Source: Octopus sinensis
Lineage: Eukaryota
Direction: 5' to 3'
NCBI RefSeq assembly: GCF_006345805.1
Contig: NC_043005.1
Location: 98,704,001 to 98,768,000 of the forward strand
DNA length: 64,000 bases
A model generated the notes under the pieces. The model worked only from the letters and a program-made list of their open reading frames with translations. It ran no database searches and was not told the origin of the DNA. Position 1 is the stretch's first letter; every line of letters starts with the position of its first letter. Of this stretch, positions 25,815-40,072 are shown piece after piece. Position numbers and translations under genes: made by a program.

Positions 25815-26261
25815 GTAAGTGTGTTCTGATTTCCATTTCATTTTATTTTCTGTAATTATCTACAGGCACTTAATCTTTACACACCAACTAAAATTACAAA
25901 GGAGAGACACAGAAAGTGAACCTGATAGCTTTAGGAATGAAGGTTGAAAGGATAACTGCAGAAACCTGGATGGTGGTAGGAAGGCATATATTCTGTAGAT
26001 TTATTGTTGTTGAAATAATCATTCCTCTCTGGATGCTATTTTCCGACTGGCATCATTGAAGCTTAGTATGTTTTGGCAATGAAGCAGTTGCTGTATATAA
26101 TCTCTAACCACCAACAGTAGTAAACTGTAATTTTTTCCTGTAGTCTATGTATATATCATTGGCTCCTGTCAAACCGTCCAAAGCATGCCAGTATGGAAGT
26201 TGGATGATAAATGTTGTTGTTGTTGCTGATATTTGTTTGTATCTTTGTTTGTTGAGTGAAG

Positions 26262-26560
26262 CGATCTTCATCCCTTGTGGGAGAAGTCCAAAACATGGTT
26301 CTTTGCTATTCGTAAGACCCGCAGGTCAACCCCCGACACCGAAAGCATCGACGGATGGATGAATGCGCATCCAGGCTCAGCGGTTGCATAGGAAGTCGGG
26401 GACAAGAAACAGGAAGAAAGAGTGAGAGAAAGTTGGAGCGAAAGAATACAGCAGGGGTCACTACCACCCCCTGCCAGAGCCTCATGGAGCTTTAGGTGTT
26501 TTCGCTCAATAAACTCCAACCGCGAGTCCGCTGCCCTAACCATTGGGCCATTGCACCTCC
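26262..26560 (-). mobile_element. SINE family B variant (same head, different 3' body)
   Basis: Reverse complement of ggaggtgcaatggcccaatggttagggcagcggactcgcgg. Confidence 0.8.
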
Positions 26561-26975
26561 ACTGTTGTTGCTGATGGTGATGATGATGGTGGTGGTTATA
26601 TAACGACCACATTGTGTTGAAAATACAATATATATTGGAGCAAGATGAAAACTGTTGCAGCCGTGACTCATGAGAACAACAGATGTGTTTTTTGCTCTGC
26701 TTGGGGTTTGTCAATGCTGTGCACCTGTTTATTACTAAATAAAATGAAATTCATGTTTTGATATCCACAGGAAACAGTGCATAATACATTCACAAGTTTT
26801 ATGGAAAGCTGAGCTGCAAACTACTTGGTGAATGCAGCTGAAACGGTGTTCAATTAACATTTCCATCTGCATATCATACTAAATGTATATACACCACTGA
26901 AAGACATGATGTTGTGGTTTTTATCTGAGATAAAATCTCTTCAAAGACACTGTGTTCTAAGAACACAATATATAT

Positions 26976-27205
26976 TTCTTTACTACCCTCAAGGGGCTAA
27001 ACATAGAGGGGACAAACAAGGACAGACAAAGGGATTAAGTTGATTACATCGATCCCAGTGCAAAACTGGTTCTTTATTTATCGACCCCGAAAGGATGAAA
27101 GGCAAAGTTGACCATGGCAGAATTTGAACTCAGAACGTAACGGCAGACAAAATACTGCTAAGCATTTTGCCCGGTGCTCTAACGTTTCTGCTAGCTCGCC
27201 GCCTA
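26976..27205 (-). mobile_element. SINE family A
   Basis: Reverse-complement copy; ~22-bp TSD gttctaagaacacaatatatat at 26954 and 27209. Confidence 0.9.
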
Positions 27206-27359
27206 TGCGTTCTAAGAACACAATATATATCAGAGTGAGGCAAATAAACACACATGCACACGATCATCATCACACAATTGCACAAAGTGTCATATAAGTG
27301 TACTCAGCAAAGTTAATCTCACTTGTCTATGTTCATTGACATGCAAGCATGTCTACATT

Positions 27360-27501
27360 CATGTGCACTCATACTGACACTCATGCATGTGCACTCATAC
27401 TGACACTCATGCATGTGCACTCATACTGACACTCATGCATGTGCACTCATACTGACACTCATGCATGTGCACTCATACTGACACTCATGCATGTGCACTC
27501 A
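27360..27501. repeat. 26-bp minisatellite, ~5.4 identical units
   Basis: (catgtgcactcatactgacactcatg)n. Confidence 0.95.
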
Positions 27502-27581
27502 CCTTCCACATGTTACCATCTACAACCTTTCAACCTATGACTTTGTAATGGTTGTATGTATGTGTGGCTATATCATTTCAG

Positions 27582-27700
27582 CTGTGTTATTTGAAGATGC
27601 TGTAATCCTGGGTACTGCTAGTGAGACGATATCATACACCTTTGCTACCCTCAACCGACATCTACCATCTGATTTACCATATTTGATGCTGGACCGAACT
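27582..27700 (+). CDS. RIC1: RIC1 exon
   Basis: tcag|CTGTG...CGAACT|gtaagt, 119 nt, phase 1-0; (A)VLFEDAVILGTASETISYTFATLNRHLPSDLPYLMLDRT. Confidence 0.94.
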
Positions 27701-28461
27701 GTAAGTTATATATGTTCATCATATGCATCTCTTGTTGTTCCCCTTCTGTGCGTTTATATTTTTCACTTTTCCGAATGGTTTTACAACACTTTTACAGGGA
27801 CTCTGAGACATGTGAGAGAAGTGTAGAAAATTAACATTAGGCTGGAGAAGTGGAGTCCAAATGCTTGCAACACTTGGACTCCACTTGAGGCAGCCGAAGG
27901 TTAGATAATGGTGTTAAGCAAGTGATGGTTTAAATGTACTGACAAGAGGTTCTCTCAAACCAGTTGATCTGGACTGAGCCTGAGATGTGGCACTCCCCCC
28001 TTTGTTTGTGGGCACTTCTCACGGACCTGCCTTTCCTATATTGGACTTGTCAGTCATGAGCATGCATGCACGCAACGTGGACAGCCTTCCTGATCTTCGT
28101 TCACAAAGCCGAGCCATGAAGAGGAGGTTTAAATGTACTACACAAAACAGAAAGGATTTCTCTGATATGCGTTTCAACACTGTTTTCATTTACCAAATTT
28201 AATGTCCTAGGTTTTGGCTGATCTGAGTCTATGGCAGAAGACACTTTTTCAAGGTGTCATACTTTATGATTGAATACAAAAGGTGAGATGTAAATGAGGA
28301 ATGTTTGAAGGATCTTTGGAATAGGAAGGTCGCTAGCGGCCCCCAGCCGTAAGTATATCCGTATTGGGAGGATGTCTTGTTTGCCGTAGATTTTCCACAG
28401 ACGCAGGGACAGGACGGGTTGAAGCCGCCGGTTCCTGGATCAGACGCTTCTGTTCACCGTT

Positions 28462-29622
28462 AGCACCGTTAATCGAAAAGTTAACTTTGTTAACTGTTAA
28501 TCGAAAAGTTAACTTTGTTAACTGTTAATTCATTAACCAAAAAGTTAACTTTGATAACCATTAATCAGTTAATTCTTTAAAAATGTAATGGAAGTTATTT
28601 TTAAACCGTTAATTTTTATTATAGGAAAAACAAAAAAACTCATTTTTGCTCTAAATAACTTAAAAATCCCTTTAAAAAGTGCCAAAACTATAAAATCAGC
28701 ATTTTTGGGCTCTTTTTAAGAGCTTTAGAACCCAAAAACTATAGTTTTTTTTGCTTTAAAGTTAAAGAATGCTGACTTTATAGTTTTAACTTTTAAAAGA
28801 CCTAAAAAAGTCTGATTTCATAGTTTTGGTACTTCTTTAGGTTTTTAAAGGCTTTTAGAGTCAAAGACTTTTAAAGGCTTTTAGAGTTGACGATGTCAAC
28901 AGATTCAAGTTTTTGAGATGCCATCAACTAAAATCTTAATATAAATATCTGAAACTATTAAAGAACATGTGGCTAATTACCAAATTGGATCTTGCAATAT
29001 CAATAATGTAATTTGGCTAAGGAAAGTACTAGAATATCAAAGGAATGTACACAAGTGTTTAATGTATTATAATAATGAAACTCGACTTATTTATTTTCTT
29101 TCAATTAACATGAATGGTATCACTATAATAACAGATACGTTGTAACCATAGTAACTCTTCAGAGTGAAGTGAATCCTCTTCTTGCTGACACTTCTTTCTA
29201 TACATAGCGCAGCATTGCATGCTATGCTGCAATGTCTTGTTTGTTTATTAAAGAAACTTTATCTGATCTATTAATAGAAAATAATTGCTTGAACATCGAA
29301 TACATGAAATATCATTTTGAACTCAGAATTCCAAGTTTAATTGAAAAGTTATTTATAATAACAAGTGGCATTATATTGGGGGTTGAAAGAGTGATGCGTA
29401 CAATATTAAATATGCTAAAACTCTACATCTATATTGAAAATCTGAAAATAACAGAAACCTTTAACCATTTACCGGTTTTTATGAAATTTTTGGGTTAGCA
29501 GACTTAAGTTAATGGAAGTTAATTAGTCCGACAATGATATCCAAAGTTAACTCAAAAGTTAAATTGTTAACAAAAATGTTAACTTTGTTAATTAATGATT
29601 AGTGGATTAACGGTTTGGTGCC
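28462..29622 (-). mobile_element. Degenerate hAT-like DNA transposon remnant
   Basis: gttaac-rich subterminal repeats at both ends; gcacc-gttaatc versus its complement gattaacggtttggtgc; minus-strand TWNSEFKMI resembles hAT TRWNS.Y.M. Confidence 0.5.
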
Positions 29623-29860
29623 CAAGTTTACTATCCATACTATACAGTGTACTCAGTTCATTGAACTAAAAATAATTGAATCTATCATTTAGTGAATTAA
29701 TTATTCTGAAGAATGGTTCCCAGTTTGCTTTAGAAACCCTGGTTAAGTGGTTTCAAGAGTGTCACACATACAGTCCATGGGCTGGATTTGACCTGCAGCA
29801 ATGCTAAATCTGGCTCAATTTTATAAAAAAATAAATTTGTTTTTGAAAAATGTTTACATA

Positions 29861-30232
29861 GGCGCAGGAGTGGCTGTGTGGTAAGTAGCTTGCCGAGTTC
29901 ATTCCCACTGCATGGCACCTTGGGCAAGTGTCTTCTACTATAGCCTTGGGCCGACCAAAGCCTTGTGAGTGGATTTGGTAGACGGAAACTGAAAGAAGCC
30001 CGTCGTATATATGTATATGTGTGTGCGTGTGTGTGTTTCTGTGTTCGTCCACCCAACATTGCTTAACAACCGATGCTGGTGTGTTTACATCCCCGTAACT
30101 TAGCGGTTCAGCAAAAGAGTCTGATAGAATAAGTACTAGGCTTACAAAGAATAAGTCCTGGGGTCAATTTGCTTGACTAAAGGCGGTACTCCAGCATGGC
30201 CATAGTCAAATGACTGAAACAACTAAAAGAGT
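29861..30232 (+). mobile_element. SINE family C
   Basis: ggcgcaggagtggctgtgtggtaag...ggcaagtgtcttctactatagcc...; related pieces near 15683-15850, 22470-22570 (-), 22820-22970, 24425-24640, 36740-36900. Confidence 0.85.
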
Positions 30233-31688
30233 ATATTATTAGTGTGCATTCAAAGTTGGAGCTCAACTAGAGCTGTGTTTAACACTAGTTCCAAGTAATC
30301 AAATAAGTGCATCTTAGGGAATTTTATCGTAAACAAAGAAAAAAGGAGCTTATGAATGCATATATTGGAAGATGTAGCCAATTTTCCTTTCATTTAGTTT
30401 TTAAATACTGAACCAAAGAGAATTTAATTTTTTTTTTTCTGAATTGTTGCATGTATTCATCCAAATGGATTCTCTTGATAGGAATCATCTTGAAAGGTTT
30501 TGCAGCTGACACAAAACAAGCTTTCCGTCAAGCATTGGTCTTTTCAAGAACTATATGCATATGCATTCGTTTGAACAATTTCTGTCTCCTTTCTCACTCT
30601 AAAGACTCTTACTGTATATAAACTATGTGGATGGGTTTTCTCACACCACGCTGTATACAAACCTTTCTCACACCACTTATTCTTTCCTTTCTTTACTGTT
30701 AATAAAGTTGTTATCATGTATATCATTTCCTTCATCCATTTACTTTGAACTACATTATGAATAGGGGTTTTAGGAATAGTTGTTCCTATTCAACTTGTGA
30801 GGTCTCATCTATGCTTCAGTCCAGTTCAGAAAGCCAAAAAGCCCTCATCTAAACTGTAACACTGAAATAACAAGAAAGTAACATGCTTTGGCTCAGTCAA
30901 ATACTGTCTAACTACATCGAATGATTGTGGTATAGGCTGGTTGCCTAACTTTTCAGTCTTTACACATAACTGATTCTCATTGTGTCCCTTTAATGTTGTT
31001 CTTTAATCATTCAATATGGAAATGCTAAGGGCCTCATGCCTCTCCTTCATTGTGAGCAGTTAATGTGTGCCACTGTTTATCTCTATAGCTAACTGTAGTA
31101 ACAGCATCGTCAGCTGCCAATATTGACAAACTTAATGTTAGTAATGAAAGCTTTGCTTCGTTGTCATAGTTATTATTGTTATGATCATTATTATTTGTAG
31201 TATTGTGATGACACTAAAAGCTTGATCTTTGGGTTTACTTGGGGTACATTCCTGACAACAGTGCTCGTTAATTTCCCTGTAGACCTTCCATTTAACTGTA
31301 GTGATTCTTCAAGGGGTTAACTGGGTTAACTCTTTCACCTTGAGTGTTTGTACAACGATAAAATGTTCACAATTATTTGTAATAAACAAATGTAATTAGC
31401 TTCTTTTCTTACCTTAACATCTTGTAGTTGTTCTATAATTGTAATGCATATCTACCTTGCAAATATCCTGAACATCCAGCTCAGGCAGTAAATATCCACC
31501 TACCGCTCTTATGTCTAGCATGTTCAATGACTGTCTACAGCACATTCTCTCTCTATGATCTCTTTCTCTTTCACCTGTGTGTGTATAACTCTAATGTACC
31601 TGTCTCTGTTTCTAACACACCTGTCTGTATGTCTCTTTCCCACTCTCTCTCTCTCTCTCTCACCTCTTCTCTCTTCAATATATTACAG

Positions 31689-31735
31689 AGTCAGATCTAC
31701 CTCCACCACATTCTCAGACAGTTATTACGGAGAAA
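31689..31735 (+). CDS. RIC1: RIC1 exon (last recognisable in window)
   Basis: acag|AGTCAG...AGAAA|gtaagt, 47 nt, phase 0-2; SQIYLHHILRQLLRR(N), start of the conserved RIC1 C-terminal domain. Confidence 0.95.
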
Positions 31736-31789
31736 GTAAGTTTCAAGCTTCTCTATTATTTTCTAAACTTTTGTAATATCAAATTATCC

Positions 31790-31794
31790 TCCTC

Positions 31795-31851
<57 letters not shown>

Positions 31852-32242
31852 ACACATTCTCTCACTCTACACACATTCTCTCTCTCACCCTATTCACACT
31901 CTCTCACTCCATCCACTCTCTCTCACTTTATCCACACCCTCTCTCTGTTTCACTTTATCCACCCCTGTCTCTCTCTCACTCCATCCATGCTCTCTCTCAC
32001 TCCATCCATGCTCTCTCTCTCTCTCCATCCATGCTCTCTCTCTCTCCATCCATGCTCTCTCTCACTCCATCCATGCTCTCTCTCACTCCATCCATGCTCT
32101 CTCTCACTCCATCCATGCTCTCTCTCTCTCCATCCATGCTTTCTCTCTCCATCCATGCTCTCCTCTCACTCCATCCATGCTCTCTCTCACTCCATCCATG
32201 CTCTCTCTCTCCATCCATGCTCTCTCTCTCTCTCCATCCATG

Positions 32243-32273
<31 letters not shown>

Positions 32274-34850
32274 CATGCTCTATCTCTCTCTCCATCCATG
32301 CTCTCTCTTTCTCCATCCATCTCTCTCTCTCTCTCTCTCTCTCTCCCCATCCATGCTCTCTCTCTCTCCATCCATGTTCTCTCTCTCTCTCTCTCTCATG
32401 CTCTATCTCTCTCTCCATCCATGCTCTCTCTCTCTCCATCCATGCTCTCTCTCTCTCTCCATCCATGCTCTCTCTCACTCCACCATTGCTCTCTCTCTCT
32501 CTCCATCCATGCTCTCTCTCCATCCACGCTCTCTCTCTCTCCATCCATGCTCTCTCTCCATCTATGCTCTATCTCTCCACCCATATTCTCTCTTTTCATC
32601 CATGTTCTCTCACTCCATTCATGCTCTCTCTCCCATTCATACTCTCTCCATCCATGCCATCTCTCTCTCTCTCTCTCTCTCTCCATCCATGCTCTTTTCC
32701 TTTCTCTCACCCATCCATGCTCCCTTTCTTTCTCTCTCCCATCCATGCTATCTTTTTCTCTCTCTCTCTCTCCATCCACAGTCTCTCTCTCACTCCACCT
32801 ACACTCTCTCTCTCAGTCCATTCACATTCACTCTCACCCCCCCATACTCATTCTCTGTCATTTCACTCACACCTTCTCTCACTTCACACACAAATATTCT
32901 CTCTCTTTCTCATTCTCACTCCACACACTCATCTCTCACTCCACACACACTCGCTCATCTCTCACTCCACACACACTCACTCATCTCTCACTCCACACAC
33001 ACTCACTCATCTCTCACTCCACACACACTCACTCATCTCTCACTCCACACACACTCACTCATCTCTCACTCCACACACACTTGCTCATCTCTCACTCCAC
33101 ACACACTCGCTCACCTCTCACTCCACACACACTCGCTCACCTCTCACTCCAAACACTCTCGCTCACCTCTCACTCCACACACACTCGCTCACCTCTCACT
33201 CCAAACACACTCGCTCACCTCTCACTCCAAACACACTCGCTCACCTCTCACTCCACATACACTCGCTCACCTCTCACTCCACATACACTCGCTCACCTCT
33301 CACTCCACACACACTCGCTCACCTCTCACTCCACACACACTCGCTCACCTCTCACTCCAACGCACGCTCACCTCTCACTCCAAACACTCTCGCTCACCTC
33401 TCACTCCAAACACTCTCGCTCACCTCTCACTCCAAACACTCTCGCTCACCTCTCACTCCAAACACTCTCGCTCACCTCTCACTCCACACACACTCGCTCA
33501 CCTCTCACTCCAAACACTCTCGCTCACCTCTCACTCCAAACACTCTCGCTCACCTCTCACTCCAAACACACTCGCTCACCTCTCACTCTACACACACTCG
33601 CTCACCTCTCACTCCAAACACTCTCGCTCACCTCTCACTCCACACACACTCGCTCACCTCTCACTCCACACACTCGCTCACCTCTCACTCCAAACACACT
33701 CGCTCACCTCTCACTCCAAACACTCTCGCTCACCTCTCACTCCAAACACTCTCACTCACCTCTCACTCCACACACACACACACGCTCACCTCTCACTCCA
33801 CACACACTCGCTCACCTCTCACTCCAAACACTCTCGCTCACCTCTCACTCCAAACACTCTCGCTCACCTCTCACTCCAAACACTCTCGCTCACCTCTCAC
33901 TCCAAACACTCTCGCTCACCTCTCACTCCACACACACTCGCTCACCTCTCACTCCAAACACTCTCGCTCTACACACACTCGCTCACCTCTCACTCCAAAC
34001 ACTCTCGCTCACCTCTCACTCCACACACACGCTCACCTCTCACTCCACACACACTCGCTCACCTCTCACTCCACACACACTCGCTCACCTCTCACTCCAA
34101 ACACTCTCGCTCACCTCTCACTCCACACACACTCGCTCACCTCTCACTCCACACACACTCGCTCACCTCTCACTCCAAACACTCTCGCTCACCTCTCACT
34201 CCAAACACTCTCACTCACCTCTCACTCCACACACTCTCGCTCACCTCTCACTCCAAACACTCTCGCTCACCTCTCACTCCAAACACTCTCGCTCACCTCT
34301 CACTCCACACACACTCGCTCACCTCTCCCTCCAAACACACTCGCTCACCTCTCACTCCAAACACTCTCGCTCACCTCTCACTCCACACACACTCGTTTAC
34401 CTCCCACTCCACACACACTCGCTCACCTCTCACTCCACACACACTCGCTCATCTCTCACTCCACACACACTCGCTCATCTCTCACTCCAAACACTCTCGC
34501 TCACCCTTCACTCCACACACACACACGCTCACCTCTCACTCCACACACACTCGCTCACCTCTCACTCCAAACACTCTCGCTCACCTCTCACTCCACACAC
34601 ACTCGCTCACCTCTCCCTCCAAACACACTCGCTCACCTCTCACTCCAAACACTCTCGCTCACCTCTCACTCCACACACACTCGCTCACCTCTCACTCAAC
34701 ACACACTCGCTCATCTCACACTCCACACACACTCGCTCATCTCTCACTCCAAACACACTCTTTCTCTCTCAATACACTCTCTCTCACTCTACACACACCC
34801 ACTCTCTCTGTCTCCCCCATCTCTCTCTCTCTCTCTCTCTTTCTCAACCA
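31790..34850. repeat. Compound CT/CA-rich minisatellite
   Basis: (ccatccatgctctctctct)n ~31970-32760, then ~24-26 bp (ctcgctcacctctcactccaMacacW)n ~32920-34760; G nearly absent on +. Confidence 0.95.
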
Positions 34851-35678
34851 GTTTGACTTTTATCCCCATCTACACTCACTACCAACCATTTATTTCTATC
34901 TTCTCCAAATCTTTACATCTACTCCTTCACTGAAGCAGATTTCGAAGTGAACTAACTTGCCTAAGGCCACAACTCAATGTCATTAGCAGAGACATTTTGA
35001 ACCCTTTTTTGTTTTGTGCATATGGGCGGTGGTGGTGGTGGTGGTGGTGGTGGTCATGGTGAGAGGCATGAACTTAAGTAGCTAAAGCACTCCCATGCTG
35101 CACACACATGTATGCAGAAGGAGGCACTTATAAACCCATACACACAAATGGACATAGACACAGACATACATGTACTTGGGCAAATTCACACATCACTGTT
35201 CAATTACACAAGGTCGGACTCACATATTCACAGATGCACTGTTGCAAACATCCATGGTCATATGCATCTATGCAATATGCATGTTGCCATGCACATAGAA
35301 TCTCTCTTACACAGCTCACCATGCATACAGAATCTTTCTCACCCTCCTACACGCACACTTCATTGCCCCACTACACTCCGTCACCTCACACATACAACAA
35401 AGCATAGAAAAATGCAAAAATTTATTTAAATATATGAGTGACCTCCCTTCTTTAAACGGTGGGTGGGGGTTCTTTATATTTTGATCACTGATTTAATCTA
35501 AAGTTTAATACATTTTCAATGAGAACCTTTAAACACTGGCACACATGTATATACATACCTATAAACTGGAATAGGTATATTTGTGTAGGTATTTTATTGT
35601 TTGTGAGTGTGCCTGTGTGTGTGTGTGTGTGTAGATATAATCTCTGTGTATGCAAACAATATATGGATGTGTATGCAA

Positions 35679-35733
<55 letters not shown>

Positions 35734-35876
35734 AATATATATATATATATACATATATGCAGTATGCATAAAATATATTCACTCAAACATTCCTATTGAT
35801 ATGCACATATTTATGAACAAACATAATGTCATATGTATGCATACATATATGCACAAATGTGTATGCATAATAAATG

Positions 35877-35907
<31 letters not shown>

Positions 35908-37089
35908 ATATAATATACACACACACTTGTGTATATTTTGTATATATTTGTTTATTATTGTATGTGTGTGTAACTTGTTAACATAAATCTAATCTTCTGA
36001 TGATTTGAATGATCTATTCAACTTGAGTTTGAACCCCACCACCTGACCATGGTGTCAGCCACCAAAAGGAAATGAAATGGAAAAAAAAATATACTAGAGG
36101 AAAAAAGAGAAAATGATGAGAAATCCTTACCGTTCCACTACCTCTAAGTTTAATAATAATAATAAAAAGAAGCATCTTAAGACATCAAAACTGAATGGAA
36201 AAGAAGCTAAGGGTGAAATCTCTGTCACCCAATTATTGTGTTTTGTCAAGTGGTGCTGATAAGATTATTTCAACTTAATCATTTTGCTTGCCATGGTGAA
36301 AATATCATCATCATCATCATCACCACCATTGCTGTTACCATTGTTATTAATATTATTGTTTGATTCCTCCACTCCTGCCTTTCATTGACAGCTTTTTATG
36401 TGGTTCTGAAGAAGAAAATATGTATTATAGTGGAATACAACTGAAAAGTAAAGTAGAAAAAAAAGATCCCCTCAAGATGACAATATCCATCCTAATCCTA
36501 TACACACAGAAACACGTGCACTTGTGTGCTTTCACATGCAGGCACACATACATTCAAGTATATATACATATATACACGCACTTTCATATTTTCGTCTCCA
36601 TTCAGTATATTGTTTAAAATTGGCATGGTTGGATAGTATGTATATTTGTAAATATGCATGTGTGTGTGTACCTGTATGTGTGTGCCTATGTACGTATGTG
36701 TGTGCCTGTCTGTATCTATCTATTCACACACACACAAATGGTTAAGAAATTTGCTTGACAATCTTGTGGTCCTGTGTTTGAGACCCTATTGCTTAGCGTT
36801 TTGGACAAGTGTCTTTTAGCATAACCTCAAATTGGCACAGTCCTTGTGAATAAAATTCAGGATGTGGAAACCGTACAGAAGCTTGTCAAGATGGATTGTA
36901 ACAGTATCTGAAAGGGCCAACCTTACTTCATGCTTATAACATACTTTTGGTTGAAGATTACATTAGAAGGACACCATCTAGAATACTCATCTGTTTGTAT
37001 GACGACAGAATGAAGAAGTACTTCAGTTGATTGAACAACTAGAATACTCATTGTTGGAGTCAGTGGGGATCTATTAACTTGTGTGTGTG

Positions 37090-37150
<61 letters not shown>

Positions 37151-38749
37151 ATATTAGCTTTTGCTTTGTGCTTGTGTCTAGTATGCGTTAGCTATTCATT
37201 TTAGCTTTGCTGTTAATTTTTATAGTTTTCATTTTAAGTTTATTTTTATAGTTTTCATTTTGAGCTTTCCCATCTTTCCTGTTCCTTACAGCCCTTAACC
37301 ACTGTTCCTATTCTCTTCCCTGCTCCTTGCTGCCCTTTAACCATCATTCTGTGGAAAGTCTTTTTTTTTGTTTCTTCTTCCTTCTGATATGCTAAACTTA
37401 TTCCAACTCTCAAGTGTTTTCTCTGTTTTATTCTAGTTTCATTTCATAGATTTCATATTTAGTAAGAAGTGAAAGTATTCTTTGTCATATAGCTTCTTAT
37501 CTTTGAAGTAGTTACTGTTTCTTGTTGGTTGTAGTATTGCTGTTGTTGCTTTTTGATAATCTTGGTTTCCTTTGTTGAAATTTAAACTCAAATGAAAAAC
37601 AAAATATTACTCTATAAAGAAGGTTAAAGCAGATTATATCTATTTTCTTTTGTGTCTGTGTTTCTGCATGTGTCTGTAGTAGTAGGTTGGTCCATGTATG
37701 TGCGTGTGTTATGAAATTGAGAAGGAATATAAGAATTATTCATTGTGTAAGAAATTTTCCAGAAAGTTATAACTTATGATTAGGTATGTATATATACTGT
37801 TTTGGTTTTATTTTTATTTATTTCTTTCTTTTAATCTCTTACAAATAGAGAAAGAACTGGTTTGCAACCCAGAAATAAGGTTATTTTAATGGAATTTAAA
37901 CAACATTTATGTATGAATGTGTGCATCATCATCACCACCACCATCACCACCATCACCACCATTCTTTAATGTCCATTTTCCATGCTGGTATGGGTTCGAC
38001 AGTTTGACTGGAGCTGGCAAAGTCAAGAGCTGCACCAGACTCAATTGTCTCTTTTGGCTTGGTTTCCATGGTTGAATGCTCTTGAAAATGCCAACCACTG
38101 TACAGAGTGTTCTGGGTGCTTTTTACATGGAAACAGTACCAGTGCTTCTTATGTGGCACCAGCACCAACATTGTTACCAAGTATCTTGCAAGACAAAATC
38201 CCCTCAACTGGAAGGCGGAAGTACTGAGGGGATGTGGCTTTATGCCAGTTCGAAGACTAAAGGCACAGAAGGACAGAGATGGGTGTCTTGCTGGAGAGTA
38301 GATACATATATACTACCGCAGTTGGAACAGAAAGAAAAGTGAGATAAGGAGAGTGATAGTGGGACTGTTGATGGTGAAGATGTGTTGGGAGATGTCCTTG
38401 AGGGACATTGGAGGTGGTGAGAACAGTTGAGGTGATATAGAAGTAGGGACTGGGCGAGTGGGCAAGATTGAGGTGGCTGTAGCAAATGATGGAAAGAAAT
38501 TTAGGAGAGGCTTGAGGGCAGGGGATTGCAGTAGATGAGTGCATTGAGGGTTAATAACTGATAAGTGAGATCAGCACAGGGGAGAGAAGGCACAAGGAGG
38601 TGATTGGTGGTGGAGACAGTAGGCTGGGGAAAGCATATGTATGTGTGTGTGTGTGTGTATCCCATTCTTTTTTCCCTGCTCACTGTCACTAAGACCCTCC
38701 CTTGTTTCCTTGTCAGGCACCCACCCGCCAATTAGCACCACTTACTAGC

Positions 38750-39330
38750 ATATTGTTATGAAACTAGTGCACCATAGTCGAAACATAGGTGGACAACCAA
38801 ATTTGACAAGGATTCTCTGCTTTTAATACAGCTATACTGTATGAAAAGCCTTTTTTGAGATCAACAAAGGTTTTATACAGGGCCCTGATTCTGTTCTGTA
38901 TACTTCTTTTTACTGCAAACATCATATCAGTAGTGACCCTTTCACAGTAAAAACCACATTGGCTTTCTGGCAGGAGATTGTTGGTGGTAAGATGGTTATT
39001 TAGGTGATTCTGGAGTATTCTTCCCAAGATTTAACCAGCAATTGATAACAAAGAAATACATCTCTGACTGTCACATGACTGTGCATCACCTTTGATTTTA
39101 TACAGGTGAATAATTGTAACATTTTTGAATGTTTAGGGAAAGTTACCTGTTGGCCTCATCAAGGATTGTATATTTCAGCAGGAATTGAATCTGCATCTGG
39201 AGCTTTATTAAAGGACTCTAATCTTAGAGCTTCAGTAGTTTCAAAAGGGTTGAGAACTTCAAGGGCTCTATTGAGGATAACCTGCAGTAAACTGTCCATA
39301 GATTTCCTCATTTGTCTCGGATTTCCTAAC
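38750..39330 (-). mobile_element. Degenerate RTE-clade RT fragment (different subfamily)
   Basis: NKAPDADSIPAEIY, LPESQCGF, TTDMMFAV, FVDLKKGF. Confidence 0.8.
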
Positions 39331-39781
39331 ATTTTGAAAGTGTTCAACCCATCTTTCATGTATTTCTTCTTTGCGATATGTGTACTTCTGTTTGTTGCTA
39401 GGATGAATGAAACACCTATATCAGCAAGCAATCTGTGACAAATAGTTCTCTACTTGAATATGCCTTCTCAGTAACAGCAAAATGCATAAATGAGCAATAC
39501 TTGTCTGTTTTCCCCACCTTATTTATCTATTTTTTGCTGTTGTTGCTAAGTCATTGTTTGATAAAAATGACAAACAAACTATTATCATTATCATATATAT
39601 ATAAGGATATTATTGTTTGGCACGTAAAAAGCACCCACTACACTCACAGAGTGGTTGGTGTTAGGAAGGGCATCCAGCCGTAGAAACATTGCCAGATCAG
39701 ACTGGGCCTGGTGCAGCCTTCTGGCTTCCCAGACCTCAGTTGAACCGTCCAACCCATGCTAGCATGGAAAGCGGATGCTAA

Positions 39782-39813
<32 letters not shown>

Positions 39814-40035
39814 TAATGAGTGGTATAGCATGTGTAAATAATCATCAATGTAATACCATAAGGTTAAAAATTATTAATAAATAATTAAGGGTGCTACAAG
39901 TGGAACCAGCATGCTAAAAATAGCAGCTAGAAGACAACTATAACCACAAATTTTCACTGATAAACATTAATTGAAATTGGGGAATGAGCAAAAATTCTAA
40001 GCCCCTGTACCAATAACGAAAAGAATTGGCTTAAT

Positions 40036-40072
<37 letters not shown>

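Noticed and set aside
27360-27501. CRISPR-like regular repeat
   Set aside because: Direct tandem units without unique spacers; eukaryotic context; no cas genes
30400-31400. Possible very old LINE fragment on the minus strand
   Set aside because: Only vague similarity and motif order inconsistent
31987-34950. 918-987 aa ORFs in all three + frames
   Set aside because: Translations of a CT/CA minisatellite that cannot form stop codons; no protein-like complexity
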